NCBI RefSeq assembly: GCF_037042905.1 | Contig: NC_087252.1 | Location: 8,744,001 to 8,808,000, forward strand | Direction of reading: 5' to 3' | DNA from: Lytechinus pictus | Taxonomy: Eukaryota | DNA: 64,000 bases | In this document: positions 13,263-27,534 of the stretch, piece by piece | Layout of the letters: every line of letters begins with the position of its first letter | Numbering within the stretch: the first letter of the stretch is position 1 | Program-made: the position numbers and the translations under genes | Notes under the pieces: model-generated | Databases searched by the model: none | What the model was told of the DNA's origin: nothing | What the model saw: only the letters and a program-made list of their open reading frames with translations

Positions 13263-14040
13263 AATAATCTTCTCATTCATTTCACTATTTTCGATTTCAC
13301 TGATCGGAGATCGAAAAGTTAGCACCTAATTACTAGTAATTATTATTTTCTTTAGATCGACGGACTATTATATACTTGTAATTTTAAAAGAGTATATCAC
13401 AATCCATTTGATAACCTTTTTATGCTGATCAGAAATCAATTTCAAAGTAGGGGAAGCAGCGAAACTATATTTAAAAATGGAAAAAGGGTCGAGGGCTGAG
13501 GCTACGCCTAACCGACTGAGAATTAAACTATATGCAGCAGAGTCTGCAAGCACAAACTAAAATTTGACAATTTAACCAAAACCATGTCTTTGTATAGGCC
13601 TAGTGAATGAATTCGAGACTCCAAACTCTCTGTCTATGAAACCACATGGACATGGTCTGCAGAATATAGCAGATAGTTACGAGCCATTGTAATATGATGT
13701 GACTGATTCAGTGTGTTGCAATTAATGTGTAGGACACGTTTATTTTTTATGGCGGGTATTCTTTTCGAATGATGGGACTGGTTTCACATAAAACCGAGAA
13801 TCCATACATACAAACACATTGAAAGCACAATTATGCCTGATTCTGAATGCCCTATACTCATCTCATCTCATCTGTCATATTTCATTAAAATACAAAGTTA
13901 ATGATGAAATGATCGAAACAGAAACTACTGTACTGGAGAGGTTATTGCGTTGAGTGCGTGGTAAAGAGTTTGCTGCATGCAGAGAGGATAGGGGATAGAG
14001 GGATGAGGTGGAGTGGTCAACAGAAACCATCATACTAAAA

Positions 14041-14281
14041 CACTGCAAAAACTCCGGTGTTGATTTAACACCAGCTCGGAATCTATATATGTCCACACCA
14101 GAGAAGTATTGAAACAATACCAGTTTGGAATCAAACCGATGCTGTTTTAATGCTAATTGGTGTTGTATAAACACCTATCTGTTGTTAGACCAAAAGGAAA
14201 CTGATGTTGTTTAACATTTTTCTGGTGTGGACATTTATAGATTCCGGGCTGGTGTTAAATAAACACCAGAGTTTTGCAGTG
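14041..14281. mobile_element. EnSpm/CACTA-like MITE
   Basis: CACTGCAAAA...TTTTGCAGTG long TIRs with ACACCAG motifs; 2-bp TSD AA. Confidence 0.75.
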
Positions 14282-14675
14282 AAGGATTGTAGGCCCAATT
14301 AGTTGTGCGAACAAAATAATGACAACCTCAGATTCCTCGGATTGCCCATAGATTTCGGTAAATTTCCAATTCGTCTACAGCCAACTCGTTCACTCATCAC
14401 ATGGTCTACCTTCAATTTGTCTAATGCCATTTTGTCCATCATCATTCCGTCTAACATCCACTTTGGTCCCATGACCGTCCAATCATCACTTCGTCTAATT
14501 ACCATCGTCTATAACCATTTCGTCTCATAGTCAGTTGACCTAATATTCCCTTTCATTTTCATTAATTTCTACCAATTAACATTGGGAGAAATTAATGGAC
14601 CGACTGGTTATATTAGACGAAATGGTGAGTGGCCAAAATGGCTATTAGACCATGTGCACAGTGGGCGAACTAATG

Positions 14676-16420
14676 CAAGGCCATAGCCAGGGGGTTCCCT
14701 TGGTTCGGGAGAACCCTGCCACTTGCCAACAGCCCCCCCCCCCCTAAAAAAAGGAGCAAAGAAAAAAGAGAAAAAAGTGAAGAAGAGGATCGAGGAAAGG
14801 TATAAAAAAAGATAAGAAAAGTATATCCCGTTTTCCAGTCAATTCAAACATATTATTATGCACACGATTCGATTTTCGTTATGTTTCAGCGAGATACGCG
14901 ATTACGCATCCTGTTCATTATTACAAAAAGTGCTGATTTTTTTTATGTTCAGCTCTCGCTACGTGCTCGCATCATTTGATTAGATAGATATATATCCCAT
15001 TCGTGAACTCCAACTACCAATCTTTGATATATCCACTTTTCATGTCAGAAGACCACTAGGCCAATAATATATAGTCAAATATTTTCAACGCTTTGCATCC
15101 GCATTAATTAGTTAGATACTCATCCTGTTCATGATTGCAAAAGGAGTTTAGAATGTTAAGCTGCTAGAGCTAAATCCCCCACCAAAATTCTGCTCGCTTC
15201 ACTCAGTGGTGGCAGAAGCGGGGGCACGTGCCCCTCCCCCTACAAAAAATCCCCGTATTGATGGAAAAATAGAAAATACCTTTTTTCAAAATGAAATGTG
15301 CCTTTTTTCAAAATGGAATACCCTTTCTAAAGTTAGACATAATGCATTTTAGGTAAGAAAATCACTTTTTTTGGCTCGCGATTATTCGCACTCGCATTAA
15401 TTATTATTTACAATAAAAATTCTTAGAATGTCCAGTTTTCAGGTTGGAAAATCGCAAATTTCTGGCTCACGTTTCGCGCTCGCTTCAATTATTGATTAGT
15501 AAGATACTCATTATGTTCCTGGTTACAAAAAAAATCATAAAATGTCCAGTTTCAGGTTAGAAAAATCACAACTTTTTGGTTCGCGTTTTGCGCTCGCATT
15601 ATTCGATTAGTGATACATGTATCTCATTTATAAGTCGTTAAATACAGTTCTTAATAAGTTACTTTTCTGGTCAGTATATAAACGAAATACAGCTTGCGCT
15701 TCGCGCTCGCGTTAATTCTTTAGTTAGAAACACATCTTTTTCACGATTACAACAACTGCTCGCATAATTTCTTTAGCAAGAAACACGTATTTTGCATGAT
15801 TATAAAGTGAATAGAATGACCCATTTTAAGTTCTAAACCTCGAAAGGCTCGTGCTTCGGATTTGCAACAATCGTTTATTGGATACGTATTTTGTTCTTTA
15901 TCAAAAACATCCATAATCTGTCAATTATTTTCAGCTCAAAAAAAAAAATCAGCTCGCGCTTCGCGCTCTCATCAATTGTTCGTTTAGATACCCATCTTGT
16001 TCGTAGGTACCAAAATGCTTAGGATATCAAGCTTTCAGATCAGAATATAAAGAATTCTTGCTTTATCTGTTTGATGAGATTTTCCTCTTTGTCGTCCTCA
16101 AACAATCTGGTGCCTTTTTCCTGTTTTCATGTCAGTTTATTACAAATTTCAGCTGGTGCGCTTCTCGCTCGCCTAAATTGTCTATTCAGATAACACCCTG
16201 ATTGCTGGTACAAAAGTTTAGAATGTCAAGTTTTCAGATAGGTCACAGGCGCGTAGCCAGGGGGGCCGGTGGGGGCGGTCGCCCCCCCCCAAACCTCCCC
16301 AAAAGGAAAAAAGAAGGGGAAAGAGAGGAAAAAAGTAAAAGCGAATGGAGAAAAGGGAAGAAAGGTAGCTTTGTTGGGTTTTCTTTTTATTCTTTATTTT
16401 TTTTCTAAATAAAGAAACCC
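14676..16420. mobile_element. Nested hAT-like non-autonomous elements with an ~85-90 bp CGCGCTTCGCGCTCGC tandem array
   Basis: Successive left ends CAAGGCCATAGCCAGGGGG (14676), CAGTGGTGGCAGAAGCGGGGG (15204) and CAGGCGCGTAGCCAGGGGG (16246), with more than 10 diverged units between them. Confidence 0.6.
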
Positions 16421-17299
16421 CTTCACTCTTGCTCTATATGAATTGTGCTTCCGTTCTGCGCGCGGTTAAATGACACTATTGCAGTTCTCCTTTGTTTCCC
16501 TCGCCTTTTCTCTTACCCTGTTTTTCCACCTCAGCTATATGTGTTTCTTGCCGGTTAAAGTTCAAGGGCATGGAATTAGAGTAAGGGTAGGCCGAAGTGT
16601 ATGAAATTATCTTTTTTTTTCAAATTGATCGCACAACTTCTGGTCGGGTCGGCTCCGGGCGGGTAAAATCTTTATATCAATTTCTGCCGTCACCTCCATA
16701 TAGGCAACTTCTCCCGCTTGTCAGCTAATTAAAAAACAACCATAATTTGGGGGCAAACAGGTTCCTAATTTAAAAAGAGGAAGATTCGTGTCGTATTAAA
16801 TAAAAAAAAAGGACAATATTTTTTATCAAATTCTATTAAACTTCAGTTTCTTTATAATTCAAAATCGCGCTTCAGGATAAGTCAAAGAAATTATACGTCA
16901 TCCTTTTTGTATAATTTCAATAAATCACAGAAGTTTGAACTTTTTGCGCACTGTTTTCCTTGTAATGAAGTTCAATAATATTAGAAAATTAATTGAATCA
17001 GAGCCGATGGGGGTATTAGAGATATCTGCATTTGATGAAACGTCCGCCCTTTGAAATTTCAGAGTTTCATTGCTCTGTGCGGGGAGGAATATCTTCCTCC
17101 CGGCATATACCCTTCTTCTCCTCTGTTTTGCGAGTTAAAGATATGCTCTGCCGCTAAATTGTTTGTAATCAAATCTGATCTTCCAAGGGAAACACTCAAT
17201 ATAACTTAAAGAATACCCTTTTTATCGGGACCCTTTTCTTTGCAAAAAAATTGATAAAACGCTTTAGAAATTGTCAGTGGGTTTAAGAATAACACAAGT

Positions 17300-19055
17300 C
17301 CTACATGGATATGATGAAATAACAATCAAAATTCTTAAGAGAGTTGTTCATATTATTTGCATACCACTATGTTCTATATTTAATGCTTGTCTTGCCATGG
17401 GAGTCTTCCGAGATCAACTTAAAATAGCCAAGGTTGTACCTGTGTTTAAGAATGGAGCCCGTGAAATTCTAAAAAACTATCGTCCAGTTTTTGTTTTACC
17501 TATTTTCTCTAAGGTTTTTGAAAGATGTATATACAACTCTTTATTAAATTTCATTTCTGAGTGCAATATTTTAAATGACAATCAATATGGCTTTAGGAAA
17601 AATCACTCCACTGCTTCAGCATTAATAGATTTTATTCACAAGGTAGTAAATGCTCTTGATAATAAGGAAACAATGATAGGTCTTTTCCTTGACCTGAGCA
17701 AAGCTTTTGATACGTTGGATCACATAATACTACTACGTAAATTGTTTCCTTATGGAATTCGTGGTAATGTTCTTAAGTTATTTGAAAGTTATCTTTGTAA
17801 TCGTAAACAGTATGTCACTCTTGCCAACAATAAATCTTCACTTCAACAAATCACTTGTGGGGTTCCCCAAGGGTCAATTTTAGGACCACTTCTATTCACT
17901 CTATATATCAATGACTTAACGTATCAAGTGTTATCAAATGTATTTTATTTGCAGATGACACTAGCATGTTCATGTCCCATAAAAATCATGATTTTTTTAC
18001 AAAATGTATTCAATAAAGAACTACACAACATATCCAACTGGTTCTTAATAAACAAGTTAACTTTGAATATCTCCAAAACATATTTTATGATTTTTTTTCA
18101 AATAAAAAAAGATATAATATTGATATAAATATTCAATTAAACAACATTCAGATTCAAGAGGTGTCTTCGTTAACATTCTTTGGTGTAACCGTTGATAACA
18201 AGCTTACTTGGGGTGAACATGTTGGTGTCATCTGTAACAAGATTGCAAAAAATGTTGGTGTATTATACAAATTATGCAGCTTTCCTAGACAGATTTTAAT
18301 TCTTTTATATAATACTTTAATTTTACCTTATTTAAATTATTGCAACCCAGTCTGGGGAAATTCTTTCAAATGTCATATCAACAGATTATTTCTTTTACAA
18401 AAAAGAGCAATACGAATAATAAATCATGCCCCATACCTTGCCCATACTCAACCAATATTTTGTCATTTGAGAGTACTAAAACTTGAAGAGATATTTAAGT
18501 TCAACATTGCAATTTTCATGTACTCTTGCCATAATAATGTTTTACCGAAGACACTGTTGCAATATTTCTGTACAAATAGTTCCATGCACATGCATATGAC
18601 TAGGAATGCATCAAACTTTCACTTGCCATTTTTTAAAACCTCTTTGTATAAACAATCAATATTTTATCAGGGTCCTGTCATTTGGAATTCCATTCCTTGC
18701 CAAATTCGTAACAGTAAATCTCTAAATGTTTTCAAGAAGAAATATAAGACTTTTTTACTGGATCATTATCATTTGCATTAATATTGTAGGCTCTTGTATC
18801 GTAGTTTTGTTTTTGTCTAGGGTCTGTACGGTATTTTGTTTTCTTAATTTTTAGTATAATTGTGTTATTTCAATTTATTTCATTAAGTATCTTGGGTTGG
18901 CGTTTATAAGGCTCGTCCTTTTTTGCCACTGCCCTCACTCATGTTAACTGGATTTTAATGTATATTCGTGTCATCTATCTTATCTGTTTATATGTTTGTA
19001 CTTTGTTGATTTCTTTTTATGAGTGAAAAATAAATACGAATTGAATTGAATTGAA
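17300..19055 (+). mobile_element. 5'-truncated L2/CR1-type LINE; reverse transcriptase pseudogene with frameshifts
   Basis: RT motifs NYRPV, QYGFR, FLDLSKAFDT, GVPQGSILGPLLF..YIND, with FADDT in a shifted frame (~17948). C-terminal GPVIWNSIP. Ends AATAAA..(GAATT)n. Confidence 0.92.
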
Positions 19056-19533
19056 GTGATTTACATATCTAGTTCAATATGGAGCTTAAAGGAGAAATAT
19101 ATTGATTATGAATATGGCCTTATTATATCAGTGGAAATGTAATGATGTGGGGATTATCATTTGGTCATTCAAAACTAACGAAAGTAATACATAAGGTGGA
19201 AATCGCCAATTAAAAAGCGCTAAAATGCCTCTCCGAAATACGCCTCTCATCGGTCTCTGAATCGACTCGAATTTGATGACGTGTATGAGTGTACGAGAGA
19301 CGTGATTGGCTCTCCCACGTCAAGCTCCACTTGCCTGCAAAACCTGTTGCGAGGGTACGTTTTCTCCACACTGTCACTGAATACTTCGATCACGAAATGA
19401 AAGAAAACCAAGAAGTTTATGTAGATTTTGGATTTTCAAATTGATGATTTTGAAGATGAAGAGAATGATGATGAAGTTTCTATAGCTCTAGTGACGTGGA
19501 TGGAGGTAAATTAGGGGAATTACGCCTATGAGT

Positions 19534-19898
19534 GTGGAATAGCCGTGGTGTAGTGGTTCTGACTCTCGCCTTGTAAACAGAGGGTCGTGTGTTCGAATCC
19601 CACCGCGGTCTAGCGTCTTTTGGCAAGGCGTTAATCCACACTTTGCCATTTTCGACCCAGGTGCTAAATGGGTACCCGGTAGGATGCGAAAGATATTGTA
19701 CGTTTTATTTTGCCAGCGCCATAATGTGGCTGCGACGAATGCAAGGAATGCTCCCCAGGGAGTGGAAATTGTGCACTTTTCGTGCTTGATTGAAATGAAT
19801 CCAATGACCGGGGTAATAATATGCTGTAACGCGCTTTGGGCCATTCTGGGAAAAGCGCTTTATAAAAATTGGCTATTATTATTATTATTATTATTATG
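19534..19898 (+). mobile_element. tRNA-derived SINE (family A)
   Basis: A box TGGTGTAGTGG, B box GTTCGAATCC, core CCCAGGTGCTAAATGGGTACC, (ATT)n tail; probable TSD ATGAGT. Confidence 0.88.
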
Positions 19899-20327
19899 AT
19901 GAGTCGGACAATTCAACTTGCATGCCGATTCGCTACCAACTCATGCAGCTGCTAGTGCAAGCTGCGCGTACCGCGGGCCAAAATAAATACATGAAAATGA
20001 ATTCCAGCCTGACCATCCAAACAGAGTCTCTTCCCTCTGTCAATAAAATTTACTCTAGAGAAGGAAAACAATGTTTCTATAACACTTCCCTGATATAACT
20101 GTACTTACAAACAATTGAATATATCCGAACCTGAAGGCAAATCAACTCAACGAATAGCAGCAGACGATATGCACCGGCCGACGATAAACTTCACGTGGCT
20201 GGGATAATTGTCACTCGTTCTGTTAGATATAATTTCTATCTCATTATTTTGACAAAATAACGAAACTCGGGGAATTATTTATCTATATAAAGATATAGTA
20301 ACACCTCGAACTATTTTTAAATTACGA

Positions 20328-20605
20328 TAAAACCTTTTTGGAAGCAAAAAGTTGAGGTAAATTAAAATTAGATGTAAAAGATCATCCCCAACATGCGTAG
20401 CTCGTACGTGATTGTAAACAAACCATCACAAACACACATTGCTTGCTCGCCTTGGCTGAGAGAGTAGATGCACGTGTTGCACAGCTCTCAATCGGCATTT
20501 TGGATGGTTTGTTATTACAATCACATATACGAGCTACACATGTTGGGGATGATCTTTTACATCTAATTTTAATTTACCTCAACTTTTTGCTTCAAAAAAG
20601 GTTTT
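20328..20605. repeat. ~100-bp inverted repeat pair (DNA transposon remnant)
   Basis: AAAACCTTTTTGGAAGCAAAAAGTTGAGGTAAATTAAAATTAGATGTAAAAGATCATCCCCAACATG and its near-perfect reverse complement. Confidence 0.8.
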
Positions 20606-21990
20606 CGCATCATTAATGTAGGAAGATCCCTTATTACTCATCCTTTTCATGATTTACAAAACATGAGCAGAGTGTCCCGTTTTTAGGTCTAAATCTCGAT
20701 TTTTTTTCGCTCAATCGCGCTTCGCGCTCTCATCAATTGGTTTTAAATATTTTAAACATTTGAACCATTTGGTTTAGATAGAGTGGCTATAATATTGCAA
20801 TGCTTAATGAAACGTTTATAAATTTTTCATGAGAATCTAACTTTGAGCTATTTTTTTACATTAATTATATTCAGTAAATAAAATCATATCCTACGCTTTT
20901 CCTTTGCTTTAAATTTCTTTCCACCTTGTTTTGTTCTAATTTGTAAAACTTTTTGGGGCCATGACCCAACCCTTCCATGCACAGTGCTGTGCGGTTGGGG
21001 TCCGGGGCGGAGCCATTTAAACCTCGCAGATTGCCGCTATTTTAATCAAATCACGGGCATATACAGAATATAGCTTTTACACAACACATTTATTCAACCC
21101 AGTTGCGTAATGAACCAAATATTTTGAGGGGGCAAAACAAAGTAATGCGGGAAAAATTTGTAAAAAGTGGCCAGCGTGCAAAGTGAGCTGGAAAAAAAAA
21201 TTGCCTATTGAAATTAAATTCTAATTATGTGATAGATTTTTCCATTATATTCAGCAAATAACACATTTCATTGTTTTCATTCATTTCATTATACGTTGTC
21301 TCCTATAATTGCTTTTATTTCCTCTTGGGTGTGGAACCAAGACCCCCCCCCCCCCCCCCCCGCGCCTGTATGCCAGTGATTGAACGTGATTGAACGGGGA
21401 GCGTTATATATATAGAGCCATTTGAAGGTTATAAATGAAGAGCCACTACTGCGTGGGGTCTGGGGCAAAGCACCGGTAGCTTATTTCCATAAAATTTAGC
21501 AAGCTTGTAGCACAATATTGTATATGCAGTCCATCTTTCTTTCCGTTCTTTAATTTCAATCATCGGCAGCCCGGTCGTGTTATTTTTTTCTTGTCCCTTT
21601 TATTTTTTTCAAATTTAGCTTTTGACTAACTACATTATACCTTCGTTTCCAGCTATTGTTTGCCATTTTGTCATCTTTTAATTTATTTCCCACCGTGCTA
21701 TTGCATTATATAGGCCTATTTCGGAATGACTTGTTCTTTCTGAAATGTTCTTCTTTCGTACATTTTCCCGCTATCCTTCCTTTTCCATTAAAAAAAAACT
21801 TTTCCCTGTCCCTTTCCTTTTCCTCCTTTCCTTTCCCCTTTCCTTCCCCTTTTCCTTTCTTTCTCCCTCCTTTTTTTCTTTTCACATTTTTCTTTTATTT
21901 TCCCGGTGAAATACGCCTACGCCACTGTTCATGGCATGCAAGCAGTCCTTAACAGGTACCTTTTCAATCAGTTCAAAAGGTGTATAAAAA

Positions 21991-23225
21991 CCAGGTAAAA
22001 AAAACCAGTTGAAACCAGTTGAAATTTTAACTGGTTTCAACTGGAGTCAACTGGTACCAGTTGAAACCAATTGGCACAACTGGTAAACTCCCACCATGCC
22101 AGTATATTCCAGTTGAAACCCATTGTCCCAACTGGACATGCTGAAAACATACAAGTTTATTCCAGTTGAAACCAATTAACTATACTGGTATAAATTAGTA
22201 CACCAGTTAATACCAGTTAAAACCAATAGGCCTTTCTGGTTTATCTACCAATAGATTCCAGTTTAAAACCCATTAGCCAAACTGGACCATTTGATGCCAG
22301 TTGGAACCCATAGAAACCCAATAGGTGTATATACCAGTTAATGCCACCTTAAACCCATAAACCATACTGGTATATCATTAAACCAATTGATACCAGTTAG
22401 AACCAACATGCATTACTGGTATACCTACCAGTTGATTCCAGTTAAAACCCATAAACCAAACTGGATCACAGTGTTCCAGTTGGAACCCATAGACCTCCCA
22501 TAACCCCACTTGAAACCCATTAACCATACTGGAATATCAAACCAATGGATACCAGTTAGAACCAATATAGGCATTACTGGCATATCTACCAGCTGATTCC
22601 AGTTAAAAGCCATAAACCATACTGGAGCAGATTATACCAGTTGGAACCCATAGACCTCCCATAACCCACTGAAAAACCCATTAACCATACTGGAATTTCA
22701 AACCAATTGATACCAGTTAAACCAGCATACATTACTGGTATACTACCAGTTGATTTCAGTTAAAACCCATAAACCAAACTGGAACATATTTTACCAGTTG
22801 GAACCCATAGACCTCCCATAACCCACTTGAAACCCATTAACCATACTGGAATATCAAACCAATTGATACCAGTTAAAATCAACATACATTACTGGTATAC
22901 TACCAGTTGATTCCAGTTAAAACCCATAAATCAATTAAATTGGGACATATTTTACCAGTTGGAACCCATAGACCTCCCATAACCCACTTGAAACCCATTT
23001 ACCATACTGGAATATCAAACCAATTGATACCAGTTAGAACCAATAGGCATTACCAGTATATATCTACCAGCTGATTTCAGTTAAAACCCATAAACCAAAC
23101 TGGAACAGATTATACCAGTTGAAACCCATAGGCCACCCATAACCCACTTGAAACCCATTAACCATACTGGAATATCAAACCAAATGATACCAGTTAGAAC
23201 CAATAGGACTTACCAGTTGATTCTA
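21991..23225. repeat. Left subterminal array, ~160-bp units rich in CCAGTT/AACTGG
   Basis: AAACCCATTAACCATACTGGAATATCAAACC recurs at about 22513, 22674, 22830, 22991 and 23151. Confidence 0.85.
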
Positions 23226-23316
23226 GTAAGAACCCGTATATACATATATAATATATACATATATATATATGTATATAAGAGGCATAGTGGTAATGCATTG
23301 TACTTATTTCCAACAG

Positions 23317-23357
<41 letters not shown>

Positions 23358-24659
23358 AGAACTATGTTTTCATACCTTTGTTGTTTTATTTGTCGCTTCT
23401 CTTAAACTGTAACTGACTTTTGAAATATTTTTGTAATTGTTGATATCTGCAGTAATCATTCAAATTTCTTATCCGACAAGTCACTGGCTCAATATAGCTG
23501 TAACCCACTTTACATTAATATTTATATTTTTTGTACAGATCATATTACTTCAAAGTCCTCTTATCTTTGTTTTTAATTCCTTTTGAGATAATTCTTTATG
23601 ATTATCATTCATGAATGTGTTTCCTATAACTATTATTATTGTTACCATCAACAAAGCGTTACTTTTCTTTAAAAAAAGCAAGTATTATTTCATACAATCC
23701 ACTCTTTAATCTACATGTATTGTTATTCATTCAACATTGGTTAAATATATATTTATGTGAAAATGTTCATTATGTTAAAGGTATATACATTTAGCCTACT
23801 CCCAACATTTGTCCGTTCCTGCTTTTGACATTAGTCCCCCCCTCCCTGTATACTTTTCTTTTTGTATCCCCTTTCCAATATTATACATTAGTATACTTTG
23901 TTATTTTTTTGTTGCTTATTTGTTTACTGAAATTTTGCTCTGTACAAATTCATGTAATTCAGCCTTTTACCACAATAAATGCCATGCATTTATCCATCCT
24001 ATACACAGCTCGATTGAGGATAAGAGGAAAAAAATATCTACATAATAACTAACTTAATTATTCTTTATGTTAATTTTAATATTTCCACCTTGAAAAGTTT
24101 CATTAAAGTATGTGGTTCGATATTACCATATAACTTAAATCGAAACATGTTATTCTCAGTGAAATTTTCTAGTTTACATTAAAAAATTTCTTCCTATTTA
24201 ATCCCTTTTTTCTAATTTAAGTTAAAGAGTACTATTTTACACTATTTTTACAAATCATATAAAAATTAATGTATTTTTCTTTTTTTAACTCACTGATATT
24301 TTAAAAATATTTTTGAAGGTGAATAGAATAGCTATTTTTTTCTATTTATAACGCGCATATTTATTGCTAGTTTACAACCTTGCCATGTTAAGCAAGGCTA
24401 TCTTTATCTTTCAAAGAAAAAGAAAATAAATAAAATAGAAATAAATTAAGAACAAATATTAAGCTAATTCATTCTTAAACTTTCAAAGAAAAAAAAAAGC
24501 TCCAAAAGCAGAGGCAAAAATCGTCATTTCTTGACTGGTTGCCAACCAAAACCAAACAAGAAGAAATTTTTATGTTAAGAAGTTCGTATATCTATTTTAA
24601 AACCTCTTTCTTGCTTTAGACCCCCCCCCCCCCCCCTTCATTATTCCTGACTCAGCAGA

Positions 24660-25150
24660 TCTTCCTTCAATCACCGGGCGCGGGCGGGCCTGCGCATGCG
24701 CACTGAGTGCCACTGATCGCTATCGTCCGTATACTATATGCAAATTAACCAGCGCCGCCAAACGCAAACCGCCAATCTAATTTGAATTTGAAAGAGCCAT
24801 CTTCGCCGCGCCGTTAATTTGCACCGCACTTTTATCGAGTGCTAGTGCGATAAAGAAGGATAAAGAAGGCCGTTTTAATAATAATTCAACCACTGAAATC
24901 ACACGGACAAGATTTGGACAATGACTTGAAAGCTAAGACATTCGCAGTAGGCTCTACAGGTAAGTTAACAATTTTCTATGATTTTCTTTTCGTAGTTTGT
25001 TAAATGGCGCGGCTCGCAGCTAGCTGCGGGGCTAGCTGTAACGTTAGAGTTCGTCAGGACATCCTGTTACTGCCCCTCAGCGCTGCCTGCCGGCCGCGAC
25101 TAGCCGGGCGTGGATGTGTGGCTGCCATGCCGGTGCAAGTCTGCGCACAT
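24660..25150 (+). promoter_or_regulatory. CpG-rich promoter-like island inside the transposon
   Basis: GC box at 24682, perfect NRF1-type TGCGCATGCGCA at 24691-24702, octamer ATGCAAAT, CCAAT, YY1-like GCCATCTT, then donor CAG|GTAAGT at 24959/24960. Confidence 0.55.
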
Positions 25151-25526
25151 ACATCATATTGACCTTACGATTTGTGTTAAGATTTAACATGAATTTCTTT
25201 TTATTTCACAAAATCTTTCAGTTGATATTGTTCCATATATTGTTATAAGTAAATGAGAGAGATATGTGATCGAATGTGAAACTGATTTTCTTGGTCTTGG
25301 AAAAAATCTGAGACTCAGCCAGTTATGATTTTCAATTTCAGATTTAACATTATGAATATGATAGTGGCCAGCGCCTCGTGTCTGCGCACCAATCACTTTA
25401 CACACGATTTGAGGATTTTGATGAGATTTTGAAATGCCGAAAATCGAAATTCATTATTTTTTCCACCATTTTAAGAGTCTGATTTTTTCATGAATAGCTG
25501 TTTATCACTTTTTGACTGTATTTCAG

Positions 25527-25705
25527 GAGAGAGGGAGACCCAAAACCACCTGGAGTCATACTGAGCCTCGAGGAGGAGATGAAGTCAGTGAACATGACCT
25601 GGGGTACCGGTAGTTTCCAGAAGAAGGCCCAGCTCAGAACCGCCAGGAGTAGAGATCCGAATACTTCGTTGCTGCCCTCCATATGAGGAGGCTGTAAGTT
25701 AGGTA
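25527..25705 (+). mobile_element. Degenerate 3' end of an RTE-clade LINE
   Basis: With frameshifts it reads RGRPKTTW..LEEEMKSVNMTWGT..KKAQ.R..FVAALH.RRL*, followed by a GTAA-type tail. Confidence 0.7.
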
Positions 25706-26179
25706 ATTCAGATGTCAAGTTTTCTTTTGGGGTCTTTGTGTATCTTCTATTAATATGAGAATTATGGAAAAGAGATGGTGATTTAATGGTTTTAAAGATG
25801 TAAAATATGAAATTCTAGCACTTTTTTTAGGCCTAATATGAGTTCGGACACCCTACTTATAATTTTTTTTTTGAGGAGCGCGATATTTTTGTACATGACC
25901 CAAGCCTAGTTTCACCACAGATTAATTAATAGCTACACAGCTGTTGCATTTACAATTTTAATAACAATCTACAACAATTGAGCATTTTATAAAATTGAGT
26001 GTGTCTAGGAAAGCAAATTCGGAGGCATAAGGAGAGCCATTTATTGAGCTCCATGGAATTATAAACATGAAGGACTGATCTCTGCGACATCGATTTCAGA
26101 AGTATTCCCAAGACCAAGTGAACTTACTCATTTTTTAAATAAATATGATGATGTGCTGTTTATCATTATAGTTGAACCA

Positions 26180-27237
26180 TTGATTCACAATCCCATGTAT
26201 TTTTCTTAATGTGCAAATGGAATTTTACAACACTCTGTAGTAACCCTTGCCCGCCTTAGGTGTAGACATGTATTGCTATTCACTGTAATATAGACATATT
26301 TTTATTCACTGTTCACTGTACTGATTATTTTTCTCTCCATTGTTTTAAAAAAAATTCTTCAGATACATCGCATCTACCAGCAAAGAACGTGTGCCAGTAC
26401 AGGGAAGGAATGTACCTGTCGCACATGAACTCTTCAGAGGCAGTGAGGACAACAAGATCTGCAAGCAAGTGATCCTTTTTGTAAGAAAATTTCCAATTTG
26501 TACATTTCACAATTAATTTTTTTTAAAGCCTTTGTACACATTTAGAGTATCAAGGCTTACAAAATGTAAAAATTAAATGTTTGCCCAAAAATCATTATGG
26601 GAAAGGTGGATTTCCGAGGAAAAATCAAATCTATCTTGGTTTACACAGTTGTACGAGCAACCTTATAGGAGGCTTGTCTAGGCTCCGTGATGAAAATACA
26701 ATGTAAAAATTGATTCACTATCCCATGTATTTTTCTTAAAGTGCAAATGGAATTTTACAACACTCTGTAGTAACCCTTGCCCGCCTAAGGTGTAGACATG
26801 TATTGCTATTCACTGTAATATATACGTATTTGTTATTCGCTGTTGTTCACTGTACTGATTATTTTTCTCTCCATTGTTTTTGAAAAAAATTCCTCAGATA
26901 CATCGCATCTACCAGCAAAGAATGTGTGCCAGTAGAGGAAAGGAATGTACCTGTCGCACGTGAACTCTTCAGAGGCAGTGAGGACTAGATCTGCAAGCAA
27001 GTGATCCTTTTTGTAAGAAAATTTCCAATTTGTACATTTTACAATTAATTTTTTTTAAAGCCTTTGTACACATTTAGAGTATCAAGGCTTACAAAATGTA
27101 AAAATTTAATGTTTGCCCAAAAATCATTATGGGAAAGTTGGATTTCCGAGGGAAATCTATCTTTGTTTACACAGTTGTACGAGCAACCTTATAGGAGGCT
27201 TGTCTAGGCTCCGTGATGAAAATACAATGTAAAAATG
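26180..27237. repeat. ~530-bp direct tandem duplication (third diverged copy at ~28455-28800)
   Basis: TTGATTCAC(A/T)ATCCCATGTATTTTTC...GAAAATACAATGTAAAAAT begins at about 26180 and 26710. Confidence 0.9.
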
Positions 27238-27534
27238 ATAAAATTATCTTCATGGAGTCCTCTAGGCTAGCCAGTGACATGGGCCCATGCCCATCAATTT
27301 TAATTCATGCTTTTGCATAGCCAAATGGCGTGAATTTAAAACTGGAAGTATAATTTCAGATTGACCTCCGAAATGAAACGTGCACAATAAGTCTGAACTA
27401 AAATAACATTTCCTGAATTTTTTCTTAAATCTGGAGGCTGAAGTATTTTTTTATCTTTGAAATTAAATTGGTTCTCGTTGTTTTTTACCTCTGACTTACC
27501 AGTATGTGTGGGGGTACCGTAGAAGTAGAATTAA

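Noticed and set aside
17271..18781. Functional reverse transcriptase or retron-like gene
   Set aside because: 5'-truncated LINE without an endonuclease domain; a frameshift precedes the catalytic FADD motif.
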